Positions 36,876-45,608 of a stretch of 64,000 nucleotides of DNA are shown in pieces; position 1 is the stretch's first letter; each line of letters starts with the position of its first letter. A model generated the notes under the pieces. The model was not told the origin of the DNA, did no database searches, and saw nothing but the letters and a program-made list of their open reading frames with translations. The stretch spans positions 360 through 64,359 of the forward strand of contig JAJDEG010000313.1 of NCBI GenBank assembly GCA_029259895.1, read 5' to 3'. The translations under genes and the position numbers were made by a program. Origin of the DNA: Planctomycetota bacterium (GTDB lineage Bacteria > Planctomycetota > Planctomycetia > Pirellulales > PLA5).

Positions 36876-39800
36876 CTACAAGGACTCTTCGAGCATGGAC
36901 TTGAGCGCGAGGTCGCCGGCGGTCAGTACTTGTTTGTCGAGGCCGTTTAGCTTGGACTTCTCAAACGCCGCACGGGCGTCGTCCTGGCGGCCGGCTTTCG
37001 CATATGCGGCAGCCAAGTGAAACGGGTAGCGCGGGTCTACGGCTTCGGAATTCACTGCTTCTTCGAGACACGCAACCGCGGCATCGAAATCGCCCGCCAT
37101 CAGGTGAATCGTTCCTTGCGTGTCGAGCAATGCCGGCTTGCGTCCCGCGACTGCGATGGCTCGTTCGATGTATCGCAATGCGTCTTGTTGCCGCTGCGGC
37201 TGCTCCGCCAAGAGCGTTGCGAGATTGTTGAGCGCCAATAAGTGCTTGGGCGAAAGTTTGACGACGGCTTCAAACAAGTCGATCGCGTCGGCCGGGCGGC
37301 CATGAATGGTTCGCAGCACGGCGGCTGAAAATAGCAATTCGGCGTCCGCGGAGTGATCCTTAATCGCTTGCGCGATGAACGGCTCGGCGCGGGCGAGATC
37401 GTCCGCCGTCGGTTTGCCGGACGCCAGCGCGGATGCAAGAAATTGCGCCGGGCGCGGCGACGGGTCGGTCTTCGCGGCGGCCTCGCAAACCGTGGCGACT
37501 TCGTCGAAACGGCCCTGGGCAACGAGGCACTGAACCAAGGGGACGTAAGCGCGAGGCACCCGCGGCCACAAACGGCGATACCACCGTTCGGCGGCATCGT
37601 GCAGCGCAACGGTCATGTACAAGTTTCCGACGTCGAGCGTCCATTGGTCTTTCTCGGCGTCCTTGGCAATTTCACCAAGACGCCCATCGGCGAGCGGCTC
37701 GACGAACGACTCGATCCGATCGCCGCGGCCCTGCAACTTCATCAAGCGCACGCGCAGCGCCAGGGCGCGGCCGGTGGGATAATTCTCGGCCTTCTTCAGC
37801 AACGCCTCGAGCCGATCCACGCAGAACTGCGCGTCCTTTAAGAATTGCTCACGGCGTTCATCGCCCACGACCAGCGACGCGTTCTCCGCTTCATCGCGGG
37901 AATGCCGTAAGACGAAATCGGCACAGAGGCTCAGGTGCGATTCGGTCGGCTCGGCGACGTCGATCAACGTCCACAATTCGTCGCGCGCCGCCGAGAGTTT
38001 CGTCGCGTCGGCAAGCAGGCGGGCTTCGCTTTCGTAGACACCGGCCAACAGCAGGCGGTCGGCCGCGGCCGCTGAGGCGCTTCCGACGACGCGGCCTTCG
38101 AGTATTTTTCTCGCTTCGGCGTGTTGTTCGATCCGACGTTGTTTGTCGCCGCCGCGACGCACGAGAAGGACCGCCCGCAGGCGATCGTCGGCCGGCAGCG
38201 GCGCGCCGTCGGCCGTGGCTTGCCGCAATAGTTCTTGAGCTTCGTCCCAGGCGCCGTCGCCGTCGCGCAGCGCAAGCAGCGTGGCGAGGGCCTGTCGCGA
38301 GCGGACGTTGTCGGGCGCGATCTCGACGATCTTCCGCAACGTTTGCTCGGCCGCATCCACGTCGTCGTGCAATTGCAGGGCCGCCAGACGCGTCAGGATC
38401 GCGGCGTCCTTGGGGGCGAGTTCGCTCGCCTGCCGGTAATGCGTCACGGCTTCCGAACGTTTGCCGAGCATCTCGTATCCCTGCGCGAGCACAAACGCCT
38501 TTTGCACCGGCTCCAACGGAACTCGTTTCGTCAGTTCTTCCAGCGTCTTCTCCGCCTTCGCCAAATCGCGACCGCGGACGTGATACATGAAGACCGCGTT
38601 CCATGGGCTAACTTCGTTGGGCGCAAGCTCGACCGCCTTCTCCAACGACTTGATGGCTTCCGATCGTCGGTCGTTGAGTTGCAACAACTCCGCCAACCAG
38701 ATGCGCCGCATGGCGTCGTTCGGGCGTTCGGCGATCGAGGCACGCGCCAAATCCAGTGCCCGTTCGCGCTGATCCTGCCGCACGGCGACGGCGAGCGCCA
38801 ACGACTCGAGCTGTACCGACGAGAACGCTCCCCGGCCCAATTCATCGAGGACTTGTTGCGCCTCGGCAAATCGATTCTGGCGATACAGCAAGCCGGTCAG
38901 GCGTTCGTACGTAGCGATGCGTCGGTCGCCGGCGTCGACGGCCGAAGTGTAAATCGTAATGGCGCGGGGTACGTCGCCGCGGGCCTCGGCGATCTGCCCC
39001 GAAAGAACCATCGCCGGAGTCCAGCGCGGGCGGTCCTCTAGAATCTTGGCGACCAATCCTTCGGCTTCGGCGAGTTCCCGCGGCGATCGGCGGGCGGGAT
39101 CGCCCAGCATATGCGCGGCGCGATAGAAACGCCAACCGTGACCGGCCTCGCCTTCGGCTTTTCGCAAAGGTTCGTCGAGCCGGGCCAACTCCTGCCAGTC
39201 GCGTGCGTCGAATGCGAGTTCGGCGCTGCGGCGAAGGATGCGGAGGTTCGTCGGATCGGCGGCGAGCAATGCCGCCAACCGCTTGCGCCCTTCGGCGAGA
39301 TCGCCGGATTCGAGCGCCAACTGCATCTGACGATACAACAGTGGTTTGCGAATGGGCGACGGTGCATCGACGATCGCCTGCGCGAGGATTGTTTCCGCGT
39401 CGGCAAACTGCTTGCGCATCGCCAGCAAATTGACGCGAGCAACGGCCGTCTCGGCGGCGTTTTGTTCGAGGCCGACGAATTGTCGCAGCGCACGATCGGC
39501 GTCGGCGGGATACTTCAATCGCTCGTACACAAATACCAATCGATGCCAGTACTGCTTTTCGGATGCATGTTCCTTTTCGCCGGCGCGAAGTAGCGCTTCC
39601 GCTATGCGGCGGTCGGCGTCGTTTGCCTGGACGAAGAGATAATCGACTTCGAGCAAGCGAACGGCCCAGGACGTGGGAAGAGATTGTTTGGCGGTAGCCA
39701 ACGTGTCGCGAAACGCATTCCAGTCGCGGTGTTCGGCCGCGGGCGTGCGAAGTTGCTCTTCCAGCTGAGCCTGGCCGAGGGCGAGCCACAGTTGCGGCGG

Positions 39801-41348
39801 CGCTTCGGCATGCAGCGTCGCGCGTCGATAGCTGGCAATCGCGCGATCGAGTTCACCGCCCCGCTTCCATGCCTCTCCGGCTAGCAGGTTGAATTCCCAG
39901 GGCTTCGTCGAGCGTCGAGCAAGTTCTTCATACTCCGCTGCCGCGAGTTCCCAGTTTTCGAGTGCCGTGTACGCCTGGGCCAGCAACGCTCGACACCGAT
40001 CGAGGTCTGGATTCTGCGCCGCGCTGCTCCCCAGGGATCCGGATGTCGCCATCGCACTTTCGAGCAATGGCACGACTCCGGCCGGATCGTTGTTGGCGAG
40101 CAGCCATTGGGCTTCGAATCGAGCGAGTGAAAACCGCGTGCGGATTCGCCCAGCGGTCGTTTGACGGATCGACGCCTCGTCGGCACGCGTTCGCAATCGT
40201 TCGAGCGCTTTCTTCGCGCGATCTAGCTCGCGCGCCGCGATGTGCGTTTCAAACAACTCGACGTTGATGGCTTCGCTCGATTTTCCGGCGCGATCGAGCC
40301 CCGTATTCCATGTGTCGACGGCGGCCGCGGTCGAGCCCAAAGCCTTGTGAGCGTGGCCCAGCCAGAAGTATCCAGCTTCCTCCGTCGGCGCGACGTCGAC
40401 TAACTCTTGGAACAGCTTCAGAGCGCGCTGCGGATCGGCGCCGGGCGACCCCACAGCGAGGAAGTGCCGGCCGGAGAACAGGAGCACTTTCGGATCGCGC
40501 GGACCGAGCTTGAGCGCCCGCTCGATATCTTCGTCGACGCCCGGCAGGGCGAACATATTGCGATATTGAGCACGCGTCAAATAGGAGTCGGCCCGATCGG
40601 GGGCACCGGCGACCATTTTTTCGATGACCTCGTCGGCGAGCCGGACCGCTTCATCGCTCGATTTGCCGAGCTGCCCCGCCTTCGCGCGGTAGATAAGCGC
40701 CAAGCGCGCTGCGACGTCAACTTCGCTCGGCCGGGCAGCGTTAGCCTTCTCGAGCTTGTCCTTGGCCTGCATCGCGGAGTCGACGCTCTCACTCACCTGA
40801 GCTTCGTCGGCGGCCACGAGCGCGACAACGCGCTGGGGGCTGAAGTCGCCGTCGCCGTCTTTGTCGAGGAGCTTTTCGGCCTCGATGACCGCCGCAGCGT
40901 GATTGCCCGTCTCGAACAATAGCTCCGCCAAGCGACGGCGAAGTGAAACGTCGTCGGGCGCGGCGCCGATAGCGCGATAGTAAAGCCGTGTGGCGGTTTG
41001 AAGCTGTTGGCGCTGTGTCAAATCGTGATCGAATACGCGGGCCGCGCGGACGTGGACCTGGTCCTCTTCCGGATTGAGCGTTAGATACTGCTGCAGATAG
41101 GCGACCGCCGCGCCCCACTCCTCTTGTTCTTCCAACTGAGCGGCGCGGTCGAGCAACGAGTCGGCGAGGCGTTCAACCTGGTAGTTGCGCCAGAAGTAAG
41201 CCGATAGTCCCAGTCCAGCCACGAGTAGAATCGACACGACGAGCAACAGAACGTTCAGTTCGCGGCGCGTCGCGGGGCGCACTCGAGCCGCGGTCGACGG
41301 GTCTGCATCGCGGGCAACGTCGGGAGGTATCGTTGGATTGACGATCAT
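36876..41348 (-). CDS. giant membrane-anchored TPR-repeat protein (PrsT-like but about 1.6x longer)
   Basis: 1490 aa with one N-terminal TM helix (LNVLLLVVSILLVAGLGLSAYFW), then TPR-like repeats throughout. Confidence 0.85.
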   Translation of the reverse strand: MIVNPTIPPDVARDADPSTAARVRPATRRELNVLLLVVSILLVAGLGLSAYFWRNYQVERLADSLLDRAAQLEEQEEWGAAVAYLQQYLTLNPEEDQVHVRAARVFDHDLTQRQQLQTATRLYYRAIGAAPDDVSLRRRLAELLFETGNHAAAVIEAEKLLDKDGDGDFSPQRVVALVAADEAQVSESVDSAMQAKDKLEKANAARPSEVDVAARLALIYRAKAGQLGKSSDEAVRLADEVIEKMVAGAPDRADSYLTRAQYRNMFALPGVDEDIERALKLGPRDPKVLLFSGRHFLAVGSPGADPQRALKLFQELVDVAPTEEAGYFWLGHAHKALGSTAAAVDTWNTGLDRAGKSSEAINVELFETHIAARELDRAKKALERLRTRADEASIRQTTAGRIRTRFSLARFEAQWLLANNDPAGVVPLLESAMATSGSLGSSAAQNPDLDRCRALLAQAYTALENWELAAAEYEELARRSTKPWEFNLLAGEAWKRGGELDRAIASYRRATLHAEAPPQLWLALGQAQLEEQLRTPAAEHRDWNAFRDTLATAKQSLPTSWAVRLLEVDYLFVQANDADRRIAEALLRAGEKEHASEKQYWHRLVFVYERLKYPADADRALRQFVGLEQNAAETAVARVNLLAMRKQFADAETILAQAIVDAPSPIRKPLLYRQMQLALESGDLAEGRKRLAALLAADPTNLRILRRSAELAFDARDWQELARLDEPLRKAEGEAGHGWRFYRAAHMLGDPARRSPRELAEAEGLVAKILEDRPRWTPAMVLSGQIAEARGDVPRAITIYTSAVDAGDRRIATYERLTGLLYRQNRFAEAQQVLDELGRGAFSSVQLESLALAVAVRQDQRERALDLARASIAERPNDAMRRIWLAELLQLNDRRSEAIKSLEKAVELAPNEVSPWNAVFMYHVRGRDLAKAEKTLEELTKRVPLEPVQKAFVLAQGYEMLGKRSEAVTHYRQASELAPKDAAILTRLAALQLHDDVDAAEQTLRKIVEIAPDNVRSRQALATLLALRDGDGAWDEAQELLRQATADGAPLPADDRLRAVLLVRRGGDKQRRIEQHAEARKILEGRVVGSASAAAADRLLLAGVYESEARLLADATKLSAARDELWTLIDVAEPTESHLSLCADFVLRHSRDEAENASLVVGDERREQFLKDAQFCVDRLEALLKKAENYPTGRALALRVRLMKLQGRGDRIESFVEPLADGRLGEIAKDAEKDQWTLDVGNLYMTVALHDAAERWYRRLWPRVPRAYVPLVQCLVAQGRFDEVATVCEAAAKTDPSPRPAQFLASALASGKPTADDLARAEPFIAQAIKDHSADAELLFSAAVLRTIHGRPADAIDLFEAVVKLSPKHLLALNNLATLLAEQPQRQQDALRYIERAIAVAGRKPALLDTQGTIHLMAGDFDAAVACLEEAVNSEAVDPRYPFHLAAAYAKAGRQDDARAAFEKSKLNGLDKQVLTAGDLALKSMLEESL

Positions 41349-41362
41349 GTTATCGATACGCT

Positions 41363-41384
41363 GGCGGCGGCTGATTGCCGCCGC
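41363..41384. other. GC-only hairpin in the 113-nt spacer between the autokinase and the TPR gene
   Basis: GGCGGCGGC-tgatt-GCCGCCGC gives an 8-bp all-G:C stem. No U-tract follows on the transcribed (minus) strand, so it is not a canonical terminator. Confidence 0.4.
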
Positions 41385-41461
41385 GGAAATACATTTTTTT
41401 CAGGGAGAGAATCGAGGTTTCTGCGAACGTCGACCGAGGCGAAGGGCGGACAGAAATAAAA

Positions 41462-43720
41462 TCAGCCGGGTTCCCCGAGGTATGCATAGTTACCGTAGGT
41501 CGAGGTGTACTGCCGCGCGGAGGCACCGCTTAGCACGGCGCCCATGAGATTTACGCCTGCCATCGTCAAGCGTTCTGACGCCAAACGGACCTGTCGCGAC
41601 CGGCTCACGTCGCGCAGGGCGCACAAGAGCGTGCCGTCGGCCGATTTAGCGACAACGAGCGATTCGCTGGCGCACAGGATCGGCGGCGTGTCGACGACGA
41701 TGTAATCGTAAACCTCGCGCAGTTGATGGAAGAGCTTGGGAATGGTGCCGTTGCCGAGGTAGTTGTGCGGGCTGGCGGCGGCGCGGCCGGCGGGGAGCAG
41801 GTGCACGCCCTCGGCGACTTCCTCAACGACGGCGTCGGCGATCTCGCATTTGCCCTGCAATACGTCGGCCAGTCCCGGTTCGAGGCGCGCATCGAATATT
41901 TCGTGCAGATTCGGCGACCGCAGGTCGGCATCGATGATCAGCACTCTCTTGCCGGTTGCGCGGGCGAAACTGATCGCCAACTGCGAGACGAGGCTCGTCT
42001 TGCCCTCACCGCTGACGGCGCTCGTGACGGCGAAGAGGCGATGGGTACCGGTTCTTTCCGAGAGCAGCAAGCCCGTCCGCAATGCATCGACGCTTTCTTG
42101 GAATAGTCCCAGATCGCGGCGAATCTTGCGACGCGACGCCGTGCCGCCGGACATAACCGGCCGTGTGGGCAACCGCGCGATCTCGCCGACGATCGTCAAT
42201 GTCGCTTCGTTCGAAAGTTGGTCCGCGTCGCTGACGCGAAGCGATATCTTCTCCCAACCGACGACGGCGAAGAACGGCAGCACGAAAGCGGCGCCGCAGA
42301 ACAACAAGAGTTGCTTGACGGGCCACGCCTCGATCGGCGCCGGGGGAACGGTCGCCAAGGTTTCAACGTAGACCTTTTCGAGGTCGTGCGTCTCGGTTTC
42401 AATTTGAAGCTTGCGCGCGGCGATCAAGTTGAAGACACCCGTCACGCGTTCCAGGTCGGCATAACTGAAACTAAGCCTGGCACTCGCATCTCCGCTGAGC
42501 GTCAACTTTTTCACGTATTCGTCGTAGCGGCGTTTCAGCAGGGCGTGTTCCGCGTCGAGCGCAACCAGACGCTGCTGCCACGGAATCGTCTCCTGGCCAC
42601 GATCGGTTTTCTTGGCCAAGGAATGCTGCAGCTTTAGTTGCGCTCGCACCTCGTCCTGCAGCGTCACCAGATCCTTTTCCGCGTTGGCGATTAAGGCAGC
42701 GTAGTCTTTGTAACTCGAACTTTGCTTGCCGTGGCGCGATTTCTTTTCGATGTCGTCGAGTTGCATGCGCATCGCCGAAAGCGCGCGGCTGTACTCGCGC
42801 ACGTCGGGATGAAGTTTTACCTCGGCTTCGAGCACGTCGCCTGGAATCTCGGCCGGCTCGTCCGGCGGCGGCTCCCCGTATGCCGCAATTTGGGCCTGAA
42901 GGACTTCGCGTTCGGCCTCGACCTCGATCATCCGTTGGTGCAGCGAATACACGGGCGACAGGACGCCGTCGGTGCCCGCGGCATCTCCTTTACCGGCGCC
43001 CGTCCCGATAATGCCGCGCTGCTCTTCGAGGATGGATTCTTGCTTTGAAGCGATCGTCGCTTCGTGTTCCTTCGTGATTTTTGTCAGCCTACTCAACAGA
43101 TCCTTACGGCGATCCGTTTCCTTGGCGTTAAGATGTTTTAGATAGACTCTTAGTATCCCGTTGACGATCGTCACCGCGTCTTCCGCGTTTTCGCCCACGT
43201 ATTCGATTCGATAAAGTTCAGACTGCCCTTCGGCGGTAGCAGTTAACTTCTTCTTCAAGTATTCCAGGCGATCGACCTGCCGCTGAATCTCGGGAACTTT
43301 GGCGATCTCGGGATCCGCCAGCGCGGGCCCCAGCACGACCTCACTGGTGATCGAACGAAGTTGCGTTTGCGCGAAGCGGGGCGATGTGTTGGGCGAAGTT
43401 GGCAGCAGCACGCCGCCGCGATCCGGAATGCTAATCTGCGCGGCGGCGCGATACTTCGGCGTCCAGGAAGACCAAACGATTGCCGCCGCGACGGCCGCAC
43501 ACGCAAGCCCGGCGGGTACGGCGATCCGCCACCACTGCTGAAACGACTTGAAGATGAAGCCGAGCGTAATATTCGCGCCCGTTTGCGCCGGAGGCTTCGG
43601 CGGCGCTCCAAATTGAATCGGCGGCGGGCGCAACGCCGGCGGCGGGCCGACGGGGTGCGGCAGGAGCGCGGAATCGGGCGTCGAGGTGGGCAGGCTCATG
43701 ATGATGCTTTCGGCCGACAC
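41462..43720 (-). CDS. polysaccharide co-polymerase / tyrosine autokinase (Wzc-like; chain-length determinant fused to BY-kinase)
   Basis: 752 aa with two TM helices flanking a coiled-coil periplasmic domain. Walker A is SAVSGEGKTSL, Walker A-prime is IIDADLRSP, and Walker B is YIVVDTPP. The C-terminal tail is Tyr-rich (ARQYTSTYGNYAYLGEPG). Confidence 0.9.
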   Translation of the reverse strand: MSAESIIMSLPTSTPDSALLPHPVGPPPALRPPPIQFGAPPKPPAQTGANITLGFIFKSFQQWWRIAVPAGLACAAVAAAIVWSSWTPKYRAAAQISIPDRGGVLLPTSPNTSPRFAQTQLRSITSEVVLGPALADPEIAKVPEIQRQVDRLEYLKKKLTATAEGQSELYRIEYVGENAEDAVTIVNGILRVYLKHLNAKETDRRKDLLSRLTKITKEHEATIASKQESILEEQRGIIGTGAGKGDAAGTDGVLSPVYSLHQRMIEVEAEREVLQAQIAAYGEPPPDEPAEIPGDVLEAEVKLHPDVREYSRALSAMRMQLDDIEKKSRHGKQSSSYKDYAALIANAEKDLVTLQDEVRAQLKLQHSLAKKTDRGQETIPWQQRLVALDAEHALLKRRYDEYVKKLTLSGDASARLSFSYADLERVTGVFNLIAARKLQIETETHDLEKVYVETLATVPPAPIEAWPVKQLLLFCGAAFVLPFFAVVGWEKISLRVSDADQLSNEATLTIVGEIARLPTRPVMSGGTASRRKIRRDLGLFQESVDALRTGLLLSERTGTHRLFAVTSAVSGEGKTSLVSQLAISFARATGKRVLIIDADLRSPNLHEIFDARLEPGLADVLQGKCEIADAVVEEVAEGVHLLPAGRAAASPHNYLGNGTIPKLFHQLREVYDYIVVDTPPILCASESLVVAKSADGTLLCALRDVSRSRQVRLASERLTMAGVNLMGAVLSGASARQYTSTYGNYAYLGEPG

Positions 43721-43772
43721 GTGAGTGCGGCAAATCCGACTTCTTTTACGAACCGTCGTGGGCGTGGCGACG

Positions 43773-44819
43773 TCATGCGGGTGCGACGCGCTCCGTCGCG
43801 GTTTTCGACAACTGACGGACGTTTACGATTTCAACTTCTCGAAACAGGCGGGTAAGGTAAACCAAAAATAGCCAAAACAACGCCGCGGCGAACGGGATCA
43901 TCACCCAACCGGCAAAATCGTGCGTGAACTTATGTGCCGCTTCGCCGGAGACGAATCGCTGCAAAAGCGCCGTGGCGACGATCCGCGTCGAGTTGGCGAT
44001 CAACGTGATCGGCACCGCGCTGGCCAACAGCATCAACTTCTCCCACCACGCTCGGCGGGTGAACAGAACGTAGGCGAACGCCAACGCGAAGATGCCGACG
44101 AATATACGCAGGCCGGAGCAAGCTTGTGCGACCTCGAGCCGTTGATCGCCCAACAAGATCACGTTGCCCTCGGCGAGGGCCGGTTGTCCGAGCATTTGCA
44201 ACGCGGCCGTGCTGATCTTCGTCGCCGCGCCTTGCAGCGGTTGACTCAAGAACAATTCCGCGGAATACGGCAACGGAAACATGAACCACAGAAAGATGAT
44301 CGCCGGCATTGCCCAACGCGTGCAAGCCGGGCCGAAAAGCAGCAGCGCGACGCCAGTAAACCACAACGGGAGCGTCCATCCGTCAACCGCCTCGATATAA
44401 ACAAATGCGGCGGCCCAACGAATCGCCAGCGCCGCAAAAATAAACGCCCAACCCCAATGCGACGATCGCATCTGGTCGTGCGGAAACTCTCCGCGTCGCG
44501 CCCACAAAAACCAACCGGCAATGGGCAAGACCAGGTAGCCGTGCGAATAGTCCGGGATCGTTTCCCATGCGTTTACGGTCTCGGCGAGCGTCGGCCAATA
44601 CGACCACAACGCCGCGACGAGAATGGCGGCCGCCGCAGCAACGAATTGCCAACTCGTCCAACGATAGACAATCGCCGGGGCGTCGACCCGAGGCTTCTCG
44701 CGCCCTGCTTCGCCCTTGGCAGCGGCTGCAGCAGCCGTCGGCGTAAAGGACCGCGTTCTTTTTTTTGTGGCTCGCGTCAAGCTTCGATCGAACTTCGTTC
44801 TTGAATCGGTCGACGACAT
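43773..44819 (-). CDS. exosortase (EpsH/Xrt family)
   Basis: PDYSHGYLVLPIAGWFLW, the catalytic-Cys motif AQACSGLRIF, the Arg motif NSTRIVA and the His motif HDFAGW. About 55 N-terminal cytoplasmic residues contain an A8 run. Confidence 0.92.
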   Translation of the reverse strand: MSSTDSRTKFDRSLTRATKKRTRSFTPTAAAAAAKGEAGREKPRVDAPAIVYRWTSWQFVAAAAAILVAALWSYWPTLAETVNAWETIPDYSHGYLVLPIAGWFLWARRGEFPHDQMRSSHWGWAFIFAALAIRWAAAFVYIEAVDGWTLPLWFTGVALLLFGPACTRWAMPAIIFLWFMFPLPYSAELFLSQPLQGAATKISTAALQMLGQPALAEGNVILLGDQRLEVAQACSGLRIFVGIFALAFAYVLFTRRAWWEKLMLLASAVPITLIANSTRIVATALLQRFVSGEAAHKFTHDFAGWVMIPFAAALFWLFLVYLTRLFREVEIVNVRQLSKTATERVAPA

Positions 44820-45608
44820 CGACCAGAGCGGTCGGCGCGCACTCCGTTCTTGTCGGTTGCGGCTAACCGAAGCGTCGGTGAGTGTGATCTTCTAATGCGT
44901 AGCAGTCTTGGACGCGCCGCGATCGACTTCGTCACTAGCGATCTCGGTCCCTGGCAAACACGCCGGGGACAACGCGCAAAACGCAAAGTGAAATGCGTAT
45001 CGCGCGAACCAAAAGCGACGTCGCGGCAACCGTCGCAACGAGCAGCGTCCAACCAATCGGCCACCACCGCCCAAGCGACAACGTTGACGTTTATCGTAGT
45101 CGATGGCCCCTCAGCGTCAAGCGATTGCACCTTTCGCCGCGCAAAATCTCGCCCGATTCCGACAGCCGAATCGCATTCCTTGACGGACGTGAGGGTCGTG
45201 CGGGTCGCGCCGCCGTTCGAGCAGCGCGGGTGGAGCGAATTATTCGCGTCGCGTCGCTTGCATTACGCGATTGTCGCGACTAGTATCAACGTCAGTTGGC
45301 GTTCGGCGCATAGACGGCGTCGCCATCGCCCCGAGCGGCCGTCCGATGGCGGGCGAAAACGAATCGGTTTGCGGCTTGTGAAGCGTTTTCTTTGGCTTCG
45401 CGGCGCGGAAACCGAGGGGAACGGAGTGCGTTCGCACGTCGCCTTCTTCGCTCGATACGGCACCGACCTCGCCGCCCTATCGCAAGGCTCCGCCGCAATA
45501 TTTCCGCACAGGCTTGCGCACGTTTCGCCCACACGGTGGACCATTCGCGGCCGGCGGTCTGCCGCGACGCTTGAATTCTCGAGTTTGCAGCTTTTGGCAG
45601 CTTTGACT
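44820..45608. promoter_or_regulatory. long divergent intergenic/control region between the exosortase and the sigma-like gene
   Basis: About 790 bp with no credible coding signal. The in-frame translation is Arg-rich nonsense and G+C is lower. Direct repeat GCAGCTTT at 45587-45594 and 45597-45604 (10-bp period) lies just before the probable sigma start. Confidence 0.4.

Noticed and set aside
44850-45608. N-terminal 253 codons of the 615-aa ORF that contains the sigma-like domain.
   Set aside because: The translation is Arg-rich and non-protein-like, and G+C is lower than in coding DNA. The coding signal (AAG-rich Lys codons, high GC3) only begins near 45609. I treat this stretch as intergenic.
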